64,000 bases of DNA from the human T2T-CHM13v2.0 reference genome, Homo sapiens, in the NCBI RefSeq assembly GCF_009914755.1, contig NC_060930.1; one strand, written 5' to 3'. Positions 1 through 13,160 of this stretch are shown in pieces. Below the pieces are notes generated by a model. That model did no database searches. It had not been told where the DNA came from and worked only from the letters and a program-made list of their open reading frames with translations. The number at the start of each line of letters is the position of its first letter. The first letter of the stretch is position 1. Position numbers and translations under genes: made by a program.

Positions 1-619
1 GTAGAATAACAGACTACTCATATTGTTTCTATTTTAAGAGCAGTTAAATGTAAAGAATAGCAAGTAATGCCAAATTGCTTATTTAAATGCGCACTCAAAA
101 ATTATCATCCAAACAGCTCCCTTCTGATGGACAGCCGGCATCTCTGATCACTTTTGCTTTTATTTTCTCCTTTTCCATGCAGGTCACATTCGCTGGTCAG
201 AGGGTGGGAAAACTATGGGTATTGGGACAGCCAGAGACACTGAGACAAGCTAGATGGAATTCAGTGGCATCCGTAATAGGGTTTGCATGGGAAACTGTAT
301 ATTCAAGCTGGGATGAAGACAGGTGGAGGCTACTCTGGGGATGGAATCACTTAGTTGGTCCAGTTCCATTAAGACAGGATCAGAATGGTAAGGGGGAGTT
401 GGGGCTGAGACTTTTCAGTACTGAGAGAGCTCCTGGGGAACTGGTTTTCACAGAGAAGACCAGGAACCAATGCTGTCCTTTATCCCGCAAAGTGTCAAAG
501 TTTCTCTTCTATCGTAAGGTCCTAGAGCTAAAAGAAGGATAGATCATCATGGATTGGAGAATTAAAACTCTGTGGGATAATTTCTTGGGAGTCTCAAAGA
601 CATGAATTCTTTCATCACT

Positions 620-815
620 GCTTTGCCTTTTACAAGTCACAGGGCACTGGGCAAGGTGTGCACCTCGAAGAGCCTCAGTCTCCTGATCTAGAAAATGGAC
701 TTAGGGTCCTTGCCTCCTGGTGTTGCTGTGATCATTGGAGACAGATTATTCACATGAAGTGCCTAACCTAATGCTTGACATGTCCTAGCTACTCAGTAAA
801 TACTAGTAGTTATTC
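620..815 (+). mobile_element. MIR (ancient SINE) fragment
   Basis: MIR-core-like 'gagcctcagtctcctgatctagaaaatgg' and 3' end 'ctactcagtaaatactagtagttatt'. Confidence 0.65.
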
Positions 816-1270
816 TCATTTTTCCCCATATACTCCTTTTCTAGACTATGGACAGAATTTCTGAAAAAGCAGGGACTAATATCTGAATGCTCTTTGAGTC
901 AATAGTTTTATCTGGCTGGTAAAATAAAGCTTAGATTTTAACTCAAGAGGGTGCTTGATTAGCATCATAGATATCCTCAGAAAGACAATTAGACTTAACT
1001 GAAAAAGTCTCAGTGCTAAGAAAATACTATTATTGTTGTTGTTATCGTTATGCTTTTGTGTGTTAAACCAAATTCGTATCCACTTGTCATTACCAAAATT
1101 TAACAGCCTCTAAATCCATTGTCCCATGAAAAAATAATAGCCTTTTATCAAATTTCTGCACCTTGTAAAATAGTCCTGATGCTAAATCAAAGTAATTCAG
1201 ATGTCTTCCAAAAACAGTTCTTTTTATTAGGGGGATAAAAGAGAATTAAGGATGAAGTGAGACTTCTAGT

Positions 1271-1415
1271 CAGTGGTTCCCAAATGGAGCTGCATGTTAG
1301 CATCGCCTGGGAACTTTCAGGAACGGATTCTTAATCATATTTTCACACACCTCAACCCAGATTCTGTATTTCAACAAGGTGATTCCAATGTGCAAACAGG
1401 TTTGAAGGCCTGTGA
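1271..1415. mobile_element. MER5-type hAT-Charlie MITE
   Basis: Starts 'cagtggttcccaaa', contains 'ttagcatcgcctggg' and 'ttctgtatttcaacaaggtgattcc...tttgaag', as in MER5A/B. Confidence 0.6.
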
Positions 1416-3753
1416 TAGAGTTCAGAACAAGTATCTTTAAAATAATGGGTTTCTCATTCAAATGTTTATACTTCCGTAATTTGTTTTGAAACTGCTTTAG
1501 TAACTCAAATTAGTGGTCACCATATTCCTCATTAATGTCATTCAACGATATTCACAATGAGTTGCGACTTCCTAAAATACAGACCTGAACGATGTATTCC
1601 AGAATAACGTTTTAGCTACGTAATCGATTTATTGAGTCTGCTGCATGGAGGAAACAGATTATTTAAGACCTAATCTCAGCATTTAACAGAGCGCACATCT
1701 GATGGGACTGACAATTTCACACATAGAGAAAAGCCCCTGATACAGTCTAAATCAGACAGTGTACACTGTGAGTGTCCCAGAAGTTCAAAGGAGGGGTGAC
1801 CCCAGGTGGAGGGAGACCTGGCATAGCACAGGGTTGGCTGTGCTTTTAAACCCACTAAGCGCTGTATGAAAAGAGTAATTAGCAAATGCAAATTCAGTTT
1901 GTGGACACACCAACATTCTTTTCCAAAACATCACTAACTCATTTTGAAGATAAAGTAAACTTAACTTGGGTTAGTATCAAAATAATTTAAATGTACCTGT
2001 GAGGGGTAAAGAAGCATTTCTCCTTCACAGAAAGAAGACTTATTTTCCACATGACTGTTTATGGGAAAACTGGGAGGTCATCTTCCTGCAGCTTTTAGAA
2101 TACAAAGATGACACATGGGCTGTTTTGCATTAATGAGGCTGATGAATCTCACCACATGGCACTTCAGCTTGGTGTTCCCTGATTTCCACGATGTCCTATG
2201 AAACTGATATCAGAGTTCTTGTTATCAGAAAAAAAGAGATGGAGGAACTTCTCTATTCCTGAAATGAGAATACTAGAGCAACTCTAAATGGATCAACTTG
2301 TGAGTCATAAAAACTTGATTATAAAACTGGACATTTATAGATATCTTTCCTTTTTGAATATTTTTTGATATGTACTAATGATTTTCTTATTTAAAATTAG
2401 GTTGCTAATTTCAAATCTTCACATATAACAATAATGGCAACTATATTAGTAATTATTCTATAGTTTAAATTAGTGTTTATTAACATTTCTTTGCTTCATT
2501 ACAGAAAGTATAAGTGAGTAATTAAATATATTCTTTAGCGGCAAATTATTCTCAGTGGGTATTTTCAAATTCAATTTAATGAATAAGACCTCACAGTTGA
2601 TGGCATAAAAATTACAAACGTGAATAAAATGTAAGCTCTCTCTTAAAGAAGCGAGATAAAATTTAATAAATTCCCCAAGTAGAAGTACTATAGGTTAAAA
2701 TGATCATTAAGTTACTGATAAACAGCCATTAAAAAAACCCATATAAAAACAAGAGAATTTCTAGAGACAAAAGACCCACAAGTTCCTGAGTGTTAATGAA
2801 TAGTGAATGCTTTACAAGAAATGAAATGATAATGTTTTCCAGCATGAAGAACTAGGGATTGGACACTAGTGATGATGGTGTTACAGCCCGGGTGAGGGCC
2901 CGTCCTGGTGCTCTGGCCTGGTGAGCATGTAGAAACTGCACCCAAATTACTGAAGGCATGAATAAATGATGGAAGGGATGGATAAGCAATTGGATGGGGA
3001 CAGAGCATCATTTTCACCATCTCTCCTTTATGCCAGAAGCCATAAAAAGTCCCCCAAATAAGAGACAAGCATAGCTGTCTGTAACAGTATTAGGAGACAT
3101 ACAGAATTAGAGTTTTACAGAATGCTACTTCGTAGGAGTGATTACTCAGCAATGTTAGTTATCTAACTACCTTTAACCATCATTTTTTTCTTATTCAGTA
3201 ATTCATCCATTCAATAAAACTCATTGAACTTATCCTGTGTGCCAGGCAACCTGCAGGTATCCTATTTGGAGAGAAGGTTTATTAATCAGAAGAGCGGCTA
3301 ATAGTTTACCATCCACTCCACTGCGAAGTCAATCTGGAACATTAGAGATCAGGACTAAAATCATCTGAGAATCAGTTTTCTGATCTGAAACCATAGGAAT
3401 AAATATTTTAAAAGCTCTTTCAACACTTCTTGACCCAGAAGTTCTATAACTTGTTTGCTATATTATAGCACAATCTAGCATAAATAAGAGACCACCTTCA
3501 TGTTCCTCAATGAGAGTGTGATGTATAGACATTCATTTAAATCTGTATTTATTAATATTACACAATCTGTCTTTACTAAGATGGAAAGCCATCCTTGCTA
3601 TATTAACTGAAAATGCAGGTTATAACTATGGATTATTCCATGTTTTGGTGGCCACATGCAACATGTATAGCATATATCTACATATATTATGTGTAGAATA
3701 AAATGTAACCTTTGTGTGGTGAGGTTACATAACTCTTTCAAGAGTATACTTCT

Positions 3754-4037
3754 GGCCAGGTGCGGTGGCTCACACCTATAATCCCAGCACTTTGGGAGGC
3801 CGAGGCGGGCAGATCACCTGAGGTCGGGAGTTGGAGGCCACCCTGACCAACATGGAGAAACCTCATCTCTACTAAAAATACAAAATTAGCTGGGCATGGT
3901 GGTGAGCACCTGTAATCCCAGCTACTTGGGAGGCTGAGGCAGGATAATCGCTTGAACCCAGGAGGCGGAGGTTTGCCATGAGCCGAGATCACACCATTGC
4001 ACTCCAGCCTGAGCAACAAGAAGGAAACTCTGTCTCA

Positions 4038-4069
<32 letters not shown>

Positions 4070-4079
4070 AGAAAAAAAA
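3754..4079 (+). mobile_element. Full-length Alu, AluSp-like
   Basis: Alu dimer with 'ctgaccaacatggagaaacc' diagnostic; A/GAAAA tail; 14-bp TSD aagagtatacttct at 3740-3753 and 4080-4093. Confidence 0.95.
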
Positions 4080-6354
4080 AAGAGTATACTTCTTTCCTAA
4101 GTAGGTATTCTATTTTCTCAGCTTCTGTTAGCTTTCAGGGGATATTTAATCTAACAATCCTGAAATTCATCTCATTATCCTGTCCTCATCCTTGAAGAAA
4201 GAATTCAGAACTACTGCTAATTCTAGAAGAAATAAGTCAGTTTTTCCAAATTAAAGCAGGATGGTTATTTAAAAGTTTTATTTTCTATTCCATAATCTAT
4301 CATTTAGACTGTTACTTTGTATGCAGCCATTTTTGCAGGTTTGAATGAGGGAGAAAACCTAAGGTAGATGCCTTAGGTATTCAGTGGAGACAAGCAGGAC
4401 AAATGGAAGCCAAGTGCGTGCACCACCCCCAGTGTGTGCACCATCCCCAGGAGAGGAGGCTGGAAGAGGGAGAGAGGTGGTGGAAAAGGCAATGATGGGA
4501 CAGCTCCTGGTGGTGGCCACAAGGCTGCTCTTCTGGCTGAGTGGAAGGAGGCCGAGGGAGGGGCAGAGCATCCTCTGTGGGGGCTGGAGGTGAAGATGGC
4601 CATGTGGAAATGACCCTGACACAGACACTGAGACTGTAGGGTCTGGAGTTCAGGGTTGAGGCAGTGCCAAGTACCACATCACACACAAATGCTGGTGGAC
4701 CACTACAGGCAGAAGTTAATAATTTTTTTACATTTAAATTTAAAATATAGAATTTGTTCAACACATTCTGTTTCATAATCCTCCAGTAAATAAAAATGTA
4801 GTCAGATTTGTACAAACATATTAGAACTTCACAAGTCTTAAACTTTGCCAGAGATGGCCAAACTTAGCAACTATTTTAATATGGGAGCACTTTTGATCAA
4901 TTCATCAAGCATAATTTTAACTCACATTTAGCCTTAAAACCATCTGTGAAGCCTATACATGAATAAATTTGTGAATCGTTCCTGGGGGCCTGAATGTACA
5001 ATGAAAAAGTTTATATTATTTTATATATTATTTTATTCCTGGCCACTAGTGATTTTAATCAAGATATATTACTTTGGTTAAAATAATAATTACATAAGAA
5101 AACAGCAAATACTAATTGCATGGATTGTTCTCTGGAATATGTCAATCCAGCAACATCCAGAAGAATGGGTTTTCCCACACCAGAATGAATTCCCGTGATA
5201 ACAAACGCCGTGCGGTCACTAGAGTTTGCCTTTGCTTTCAGTCATTGAAAATGTTAACTCTCAGTTCTTTTATTACTTGCCAAAGACATGCTTTATCTTA
5301 CTTTTCTCCTTTAGATTCTCAGGCACTTTTTTTTTGCATATATGGAAAAAATATATATGGTTTACTCATGGTCACTATAATATTGATAGTTTGACCCTGG
5401 TAATTTAAACTGATAATCAAATTGTTCATGTTTGTGGATAAGAAAGAGACGGGATGGTGTGGAGAGTGAGGGAGAGGAAGAGAAAGAGAAAGGCCACATT
5501 TGGGGAACTGTCAATTTTCAAACTGTATAATCTACTGGCAAAGAGGAAGGCACGCTCTGAAGATATGCAAACTAATTTCCAGGGTCGCTATGTCAGTACT
5601 TTTATTACCACATTGTTAAAATGTAATTCTTGCGTATTTCTATAAATATTCAGAGATTTTTCTAACTTCTAGTAAAATACTTTGTGGCTAAACATGTCTT
5701 TCTTTAATGGGAAGAAGTAAGGAAGGCATCGTATTCATCCAATGCTGGAAGCACAATATTGATTTTCATAATTATATTTATAGGTGTTTTCTCTAGTTTC
5801 ATGCTCAGTAAGATTCAGGAGAAAGAGAGGAGGTAGAAAGGAAATACATATCAGAAAAGATTTCTGACTACTACATGGAATATGCCCTGAAAACAGCGGT
5901 GCTCTGTTTGCACACTTCTCTGGGGGAGGAAGTCTCTTTTTAGATTGTTCCTGAGTTAACCTAAGAAAGTTTGGATAAATATAAAATTGTAATAAGCCAA
6001 TAAGCAGCATCCATAGCATTTTGTCATTAAAAGCAATAAATTCTATGTGCGGCAGGGGTGAATTCTTATCTTCTCGGCAGTGGGCAGGGGTAAGTTGCCC
6101 AGAGACATGGCTCATTCTGACACTGGACGGTTTATCAGATGGCTCTGGGGATGTTTCCTAATGGGCTGTGTTGAGACCCCGTCAGCCGTCTCTGCCCGTG
6201 GGAGTTCTTGCTCTCATTCACTGTGGAGGCCTGCTTTTCTCACGTCCCAAGAAGGTCACGTGGGGTCATTCTTGGCTGGAAAGTGTGTGGATTGAGCACA
6301 CTGTGTCCTGTGATGTGTCTTGCACCCTACTAGCATTTACAACTTTTCCTAACG

Positions 6355-6995
6355 TTTTTATTTGATTGACGAGAGTACTTAATGTGTGATCTACCCTCTT
6401 AACATTTTAAGAATACAATGCATTACCGTTGACTATACCTGCACAGTTGTACAGCAGGCCTGCGGAGCTTACTCTTGCATAACTGAAATTTTATGCCCAC
6501 TGATCAGTAACTCCTTATTTCTCCTACCCCTTAACCCCAGCAACCAACTCCTGGGCTCAAGCAATCCTCCCGCCTCAGCTTCCTAAGTAGCTGAAACTAC
6601 AGGTGCATACCACCATGCCCAGCTAATTTTTAAAAAATTTTTTGCAGAGATGGGGGTCTCACTATGTTGTCCAGGCTGGTCTCAAACTCCTCTTCTCAAG
6701 CTATCCTCCCACCTTGGCCTCCCGAAGCGTTGGAAGGGCAAGGTGGGAGGACAGCTTGAGGTTTTTTGATTCTATGAATCTGACTGTTTTAGATTTATCA
6801 CACCAGTGAGATCACACAGAATTTGTCTTTCTGTGTCCTCCAGGTTCACCTATGCTGCCACATATTGCAGAATGTCCTTCTTCTTAAGGCTGAACCACAG
6901 TCCTTGGCATGTAAATATGCCACAATTTCTTTATCTACCTGTTGATGGACATTTGGGTTGTCTCTGCATCTTGGCTATTGTGAACGGCGCTGCCA
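6355..6995 (-). mobile_element. Old L1M (L1MA/MB-like) 3' fragment, interrupted by an Alu fragment
   Basis: Antisense L1 3' motifs 'atctaccctcttaacattttaag', 'gttgatggacatttgggttg', 'catcttggctattgtgaa'. Confidence 0.75.
6549..6730 (-). mobile_element. Internal AluJ-like fragment with no poly(A) tail
   Basis: 'ctcctgggctcaagcaatcctccc...gtctcactatgttgtccaggctggtctc' (AluJ-type); truncated at both ends. Confidence 0.85.
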
Positions 6996-9369
6996 CGGTC
7001 CTCTGACTTATTTTAATGTTTATCTTCCATGGTAAATGCCCCTGTGTTTTCCAACCTCCCCGATTTCTGTCCACACTTTCTGAGACACCTGAAGTGACAC
7101 TGCTGGGTCTTTTGATGTCACAAGCTGCCCCCTGGCTTAGGAGACACGGCTTGTTTCTAGGGAAGGACGAAGATCAGCGCAGTCTCACAGCTCCGTGGCC
7201 TTCACCCTCCCAGCTCTGCAATGGCTCGTGCTGCCTTACCTAGAGTCTCCGGCCAGGTCAGCTTGACGTTCCTTTCCCAGTTCAAACTTACTATTTAGGA
7301 AAAGCGTTTCTTGGGCTTTGCTAGCTTGTAGGGACAGCGTGAGAAGAATCTCTGTAATCACACTCCAATGATACACATTTTTAGGGACTTCCTTGAAACC
7401 CACATAATCCTGACTGTCTACTTGCCTTGGGGTCCGAAGTCAGCTCTGTGCAACACACATACAAGACTCTCAGCATCGGCCGTGAAACCACGATGATGTT
7501 CTGCTGTGGCAGATGGAATCGATCGGCTGGTCCTGCATCAGGCCCCCGCACGCAGCCCAGCCTGCCTGCCGGTCATGGCTCCTGCCCGACGTTGTGGTTC
7601 TTCAGTGTCTGGAAGGAGGCACCCTCAGTCATGCACCCGCATTCCCACACCTGCTGCTTCTCGGGCCTGCAATGTTCGCCCCTGCCCCACTTGCCCTCAT
7701 CCACCAAAGGCAAATGTGAAACTTGAGCAAACAACTACCAACCAGGCCGGGTTTTCACCCCTAAGATGAGTCACCGTCGAGCAGAAGGCCATTGCTAACG
7801 ATGTCCTCTGGATGGAGCAGGACGCAGGCTGCAGAGGGCCAGAGCATCTCCTGTAAGGGAGCGGGAAGGAACAAAGTTGATCAGCGTCAACGCCACCGCC
7901 CTGGGCAGGTGCTCTGTTGCTGCCAGAGGGCCCGGGGTAGCCAAAGCTGCTAGTCACCTCGGGTCTCACCGGGCTTCTCTTCTCAGGGCACTTGGTTCCC
8001 TGGCTCACTCTCTCCTTCTAATGCTTTTGTTTGTCTCCAGGATGCCACTCTGTTTGGCTGGCACCTTTTTTCTTTCCAGTCTCCCCAGTCTCCGCTGCAG
8101 GGTTCCTCTCCTTGCCCCAGATTCCACCGGGTTCAGTCCTGGGTGACTCCTCCAGTGCTGTGCCTTGAATGCGGTCCCGACGCTGACCACACCCAGGTTA
8201 TGTCTCCAGCCCAGTCCTCTCTTCAAGTCCAGACTCCAGTACCCAAAGACTCACCCCATTTCCAATGGGATGTCCAACACCCCTATCCGACCTAACACGG
8301 TTAAAAGGTTTGTAAGTGATTGTTGTGGCATCCAGTATTCAATAGATTTTACTGACAAATACATACTTAGAGGTTTTAAGTGTTTCTTCTATTTTCTCTG
8401 CTGGGACTCTCATGGAGTGAAATGTCTCCCAGCCTTTCCTGTCTGGTGGGGTCAAGGCCGGCAGGCACAGTGGTGCTGGGGTGGGGGGTGGCTGTTCTCA
8501 GTTCCCTTCAGTCCCCTTAAGAATTAGCTCTCCATTTCATAATGCAGATTCAAATGCTCAAAAATAACACAATGTGTATGAAAAGACAGAAATGAAGCCT
8601 TCACACCGTTTCATACAACAGACTCTGAAGACTGTCTCAGGCCAAGCATTGAAACTGGGCTTTATGTGGAAGTTAATCACCAAAGGCACTGAGGTTCGGG
8701 CTGAGAATTATTACCAAATGCATGAGCCAAACTACCACAAGCCTTCTCTCTATCTGCTCCCATTCTTTTTATTTTTCTTTTTTGTATCTTAATTGTAAGA
8801 AGTCCTCGGCCTTATAAGAAAAGAAATAATTCAATATGATGAAGATAAAATTCAATTTACAGATTCCAAAATCCTGTCATCAGAAAAAAAAATACATAAT
8901 GCAAGCTCTTATTAGCAGAAGTTGTTTTGCCAAGCAGAGGGCATTCTGGACAGTGGGAGAGCCTGCGAGTCCTCTCCCTGCTGCCTGAGACCCGGGGCTG
9001 GGGGGCGTGGGGTGCAACTGCACACCTGACAGTGCGCTCCCTGAAATCTTCCTGCAATCCCACCTGACACAACCTGTGCTCTCCACACCCCCAGCTTTCC
9101 ATGACAAGACTCACAGCAGAGCAAGCGATTGGGGCTCACACTGGCCTCTGCTGCACCGCTGGGGGTCTCCCCACAAAGCCTGTCGCTGTGACCTTATGGA
9201 GTGCCTTGGCCAAGTGGTGGCACTTAGATAAACACACAGGGGCTGGCATTGCCACTTTGCCTTCGGCTTGTAGTTCTCTGATACTCAAAATGAATACAGA
9301 CCATCTTACAAAGATTTCTGCATCAAAATTCATCGGAGGACAAGGAGATGTGCACACAGTGACAGTAAC

Positions 9370-9580
9370 TTGCATTTGTTAGATGCTTATAATGGGCCAG
9401 GTACTGGGATTGGCACTTCACCCAAATTATCTGGTTTAATCTTCACAAAAATTCTGTAAAATAGGTATTATGTTTCTTTTACAGCCCTAAAACCAGCCTC
9501 ACAAAAATTAATGCCAGTCCAGTCTCAAAGCTAGTAGCAAGCAAAGAGAGACAGGATTCAAAAGTCGAGCCGTTTGACTG
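9370..9580 (-). mobile_element. MIR fragment
   Basis: 'gccaggtactg...tttaatcttcacaaaaattctgtaaaataggtattat...ggattcaaa' antisense MIR pattern. Confidence 0.6.
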
Positions 9581-9628
9581 CATGCTCCAGCCTCCTGTTT
9601 ATTGTGATGCAACATGGTTCTACGCAGG

Positions 9629-10195
9629 CATACACACACACACACACACGCTCACACTCACTCACACACACTCACTGCACACTCATACACTCCCTCCCAC
9701 ACTCACGCACTCACGCTCACACACACTCATCACACAATCATACACTCCCTCCCACACGCACACCTGCTCACACTCACTTACACACTCATCACACACTTAT
9801 GCACTCCCTCCCACACTCACACACGCTCACACATACTCATCACACACTCATAAACACCCAGACTCACACAGATGCTCACACACACTCATACAATCCCCCA
9901 CACTCACACATGCTCACACTCATCACACACTCCTACACTCACTCACACACTCACTTGTACTCACACACTCACATGCCCATGCATGCACGCACACACTCAT
10001 TACACACACTACACACTCACATGCTCACTCATACACTCGCACACCCTCACACACACTCATTACACACTCACAAGGTCACTTACACACACATTCCTACACA
10101 CATATTCACTCACACACTCATACACTCACATACACATGTATCTCACACAACCCACACTCTCACACACATTCACACACTCAATAACTCACACACTG
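9629..10195. repeat. CA-rich degenerate tandem repeat, (CA)n/(CACACT)n
   Basis: About 570 bp of cacact/cacaca units; 'tccctcccac' recurs at 9691, 9746, 9805. Confidence 0.95.
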
Positions 10196-10958
10196 ACAGG
10201 AATATTTTCTCATTTCACCCACACAAAAAAACCACTAGTTTTGAAACAATTAGATTCCCTAAGAATTGATGTCTCCCTGACACAATCATACTTTAAAAGG
10301 CAGGTCTTAAGTGAAGGGATGACTTTATCGTTTAATTTTATCAATAGTTGGGCGTAAGTAAAACTTTCTTGAATAGGAACTTACAGTACTGATGAGAAAG
10401 ACCCACAGGACTGTTCATGAATAAACATGAATGTGCCTATTGTTTCGTGCTGCACACAATCCTATTATAGAAAAATATTCAAATTATATAGATACTCTAT
10501 TATAAAAGAAAACCTTATGTGACATGGGCTTATTTCAGGGCTCTGTCAAAACAGGGCTGTCACTTTAATGTCAAAAAAGGGAGTGAATTTTCTGCATCTA
10601 CCTACCCCACTCTTCCCGGCAATGGCTCCTGTCATCTTCAGGGACCTGAACTGACTTTTCTGGAGGTGGCTCTGAAGAGACTAGAACAAGCATCACCTCT
10701 GGAGGGAAACTTGCAACATCTTTTTCCTTCCCTTTCTCTCTTCTCTACTTTTCTGTGTTCTTCCTCCTGGAAATTCCCTAACATTTCCTGCTCTGTTTAG
10801 TCAGTTGGCCATCAAGCTGTCTGCAAGGGTTTTCCTTTCTAGCAATGACTTTGCTGCTGAGACCCTCATCCACCGTCGTGGTGCCCAGCGTGAGTGACGG
10901 GAGCTACACGCAGGTCTTTATAGCACATCACCTGTGACTGGCATAAAAATGGGTCAAG

Positions 10959-11278
10959 GGCTGGGCGCGGTGGCTCATACCTGTAGTCCCAGCAATTTGG
11001 GAGGCTGAGGTGGGCAGATCACCTGAGGTCAGGAATTCAAGATCAGCCTGGCCAACATGGTGAAACCCCGTCTCTACTAAAAATACAAAAACAAACAAAC
11101 AAACAAACAAACAAAAAAACCAGCAGACGCGGTGGTAGGTGCTGTAATTCCAGCTACTCGGGAGGCTGAGGCAGAAGAATCGCTTGAACTCGGGAGGTGG
11201 AGGCTGCAGTGAGCCAAGATCGCGCTACTGCAAGATCCAGCCTGGGCAACAAGAGAAAAACTCCATCTCAAAAAAAAA
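10959..11278 (+). mobile_element. Full-length Alu, AluSq/Sx-like, with (CAAA)n in the central linker
   Basis: Alu dimer; 'gggcaacaagag' variant; flanking gtcaagg repeat. Confidence 0.93.
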
Positions 11279-11567
11279 GTCAAGGCTCGCAACTTAATGT
11301 AGTGGCCTGAGTCTAATTTGTTCATCACTCTCCTACCCCTGAAGACATTCTTACTGGCAGTGACCTTGGTATACAGATGAGGTCAAAAAGAATACCACCT
11401 TACAGTCCTCTCCACCCTCCATACCTCCTCAGACTGTTCTGTGGATTAGAACTGCAGTTATAATATGCACTATGGTTGGGTTTTTAAAAAGCTTTTCTTT
11501 TCTCAATGCTCATCTGAAGTCTTTGCTCATGAAAAGTCTCTGAATTCAACACAGGAAGATTTTGTAG

Positions 11568-11901
<334 letters not shown>

Positions 11902-12129
11902 TGCACATCTTTTCTCAGTCACTGGGAAAAGACATTTCCTTACATCTTCTCAGTCATTTGTTTCTTATCTTGATCTTATTTTGGTTTCCCCAAAATGGCA
12001 GAGCCAAGACAGAGACAGCTGTCCTGCCCAGGATAACATTTGGGGGATGTATATAAATCAATGTGGTTATGTGTAAGCATCAGTTAGGGAATTACCACTA
12101 CAGAGGTCAATAATAAATAAAATTTTTTC

Positions 12130-13160
12130 CTTTCACATCCATTTCACAAAATAATAATAATTCTCCAATGACATCTACAATCAACTCTCCTCAATGATTC
12201 CCATATATCTATTATTCAAGCTTTTATTTTTTGTTATTCCAAACCAAGACCCAATCCAGGTGCATGCACTGCATTTTAGCTGCTATGTGCCTTGGGTTTC
12301 AAATAGTCTATAAAGCCTCACACCAGCCCCAGCCCCACTTTCCCCCTCATTTTCAAGACATTGACAATGGGAAGACAGCAGGGCAATTCTGTGGGATGTT
12401 CCACTTTCTGGATTTACTGATTGTTTCTTTCCTCATGGTACCACTTAACTTATTCTTCTATCTCCTGTATTTCCTGTATTCTGGAAGTTAGGTATAAATA
12501 GAATAACCCTATACTTGATCCACACTGGAATACTTTGAGAGTGAATGGAGTCTTACCAATAATTGTACCCAAATAACAGGTAAAAAGCAGGACTCTCCTA
12601 GCAAATGGGTGCAAGTGACCCTTGGTTTAATGGCTTAGTCACATTCAGGCGATGGAGTTCAGATGACGTGTTGAGCAAGGACACTCCACAGTGTTTCTGT
12701 GTGGCTCATGGTGTCTCCCACCAGACATACTACTGAGATGCTAAGTTTGATTAACTGGCTACTGGCGATCCTTCAATCTCTCTATTGTGTAGGTATAGTT
12801 TTGTCACTTGCAATCAACAAGAGTTTTAGAATCCACTGGTAATCCTTGTAAAATCCATTATTTACTTGGAGGCTAAAAAATGATTATTTTTCTAAAGCTA
12901 TCATTTATTCTACATATACAAGTGTGGATTTTTTCATAATAAAAAGCTTTCCCTTATTATCCAAGGTAAACTTCAGTTCCTCCTAAAAGACAGAATCAAT
13001 TCTTCTCTTTAATTCACAATATTCAGAACTAGGACTTGAAATAATCGTCATTTCAAATAGTGGAGCAAAGAGGTTTATCCCCTCTTAGTATTATAATACT
13101 ATTGTCTCAAGAGTATTTGTTCAATATTTTACAATTATTTCTAGTCATTATTCTTTTTGA
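12130..13160 (-). mobile_element. Old L1MC-like 3' fragment(s)
   Basis: 'ccactttctggatttactgattgtttc...tattcttctatctcctgtatttcctgta...ctggaagttagg' resembles antisense L1MC4/5 3' UTR. Confidence 0.6.
12499..12623. mobile_element. MER81-like hAT-Blackjack MITE nested in L1MC
   Basis: Internal 'actttgagagtgaa' and 'aataattgtac', end 'gtgaccct'; degenerate 8-bp flanks ggtataaa/ggtttaat. Confidence 0.6.

Noticed and set aside
87-542. 151-aa ATG ORF
   Set aside because: No recognisable homology or promoter/polyA context; may be old LTR-derived sequence
5110-5235. Minus-strand peptide DRTAFVITGIHSGVGK resembling the SDR TGxxxGxG motif
   Set aside because: In-frame stop just upstream, no start codon or good acceptor, no further SDR motifs; probably chance (tBLASTn would settle it)
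9574-10357. His/Thr-rich ORFs in three frames
   Set aside because: Translation of the CA repeat
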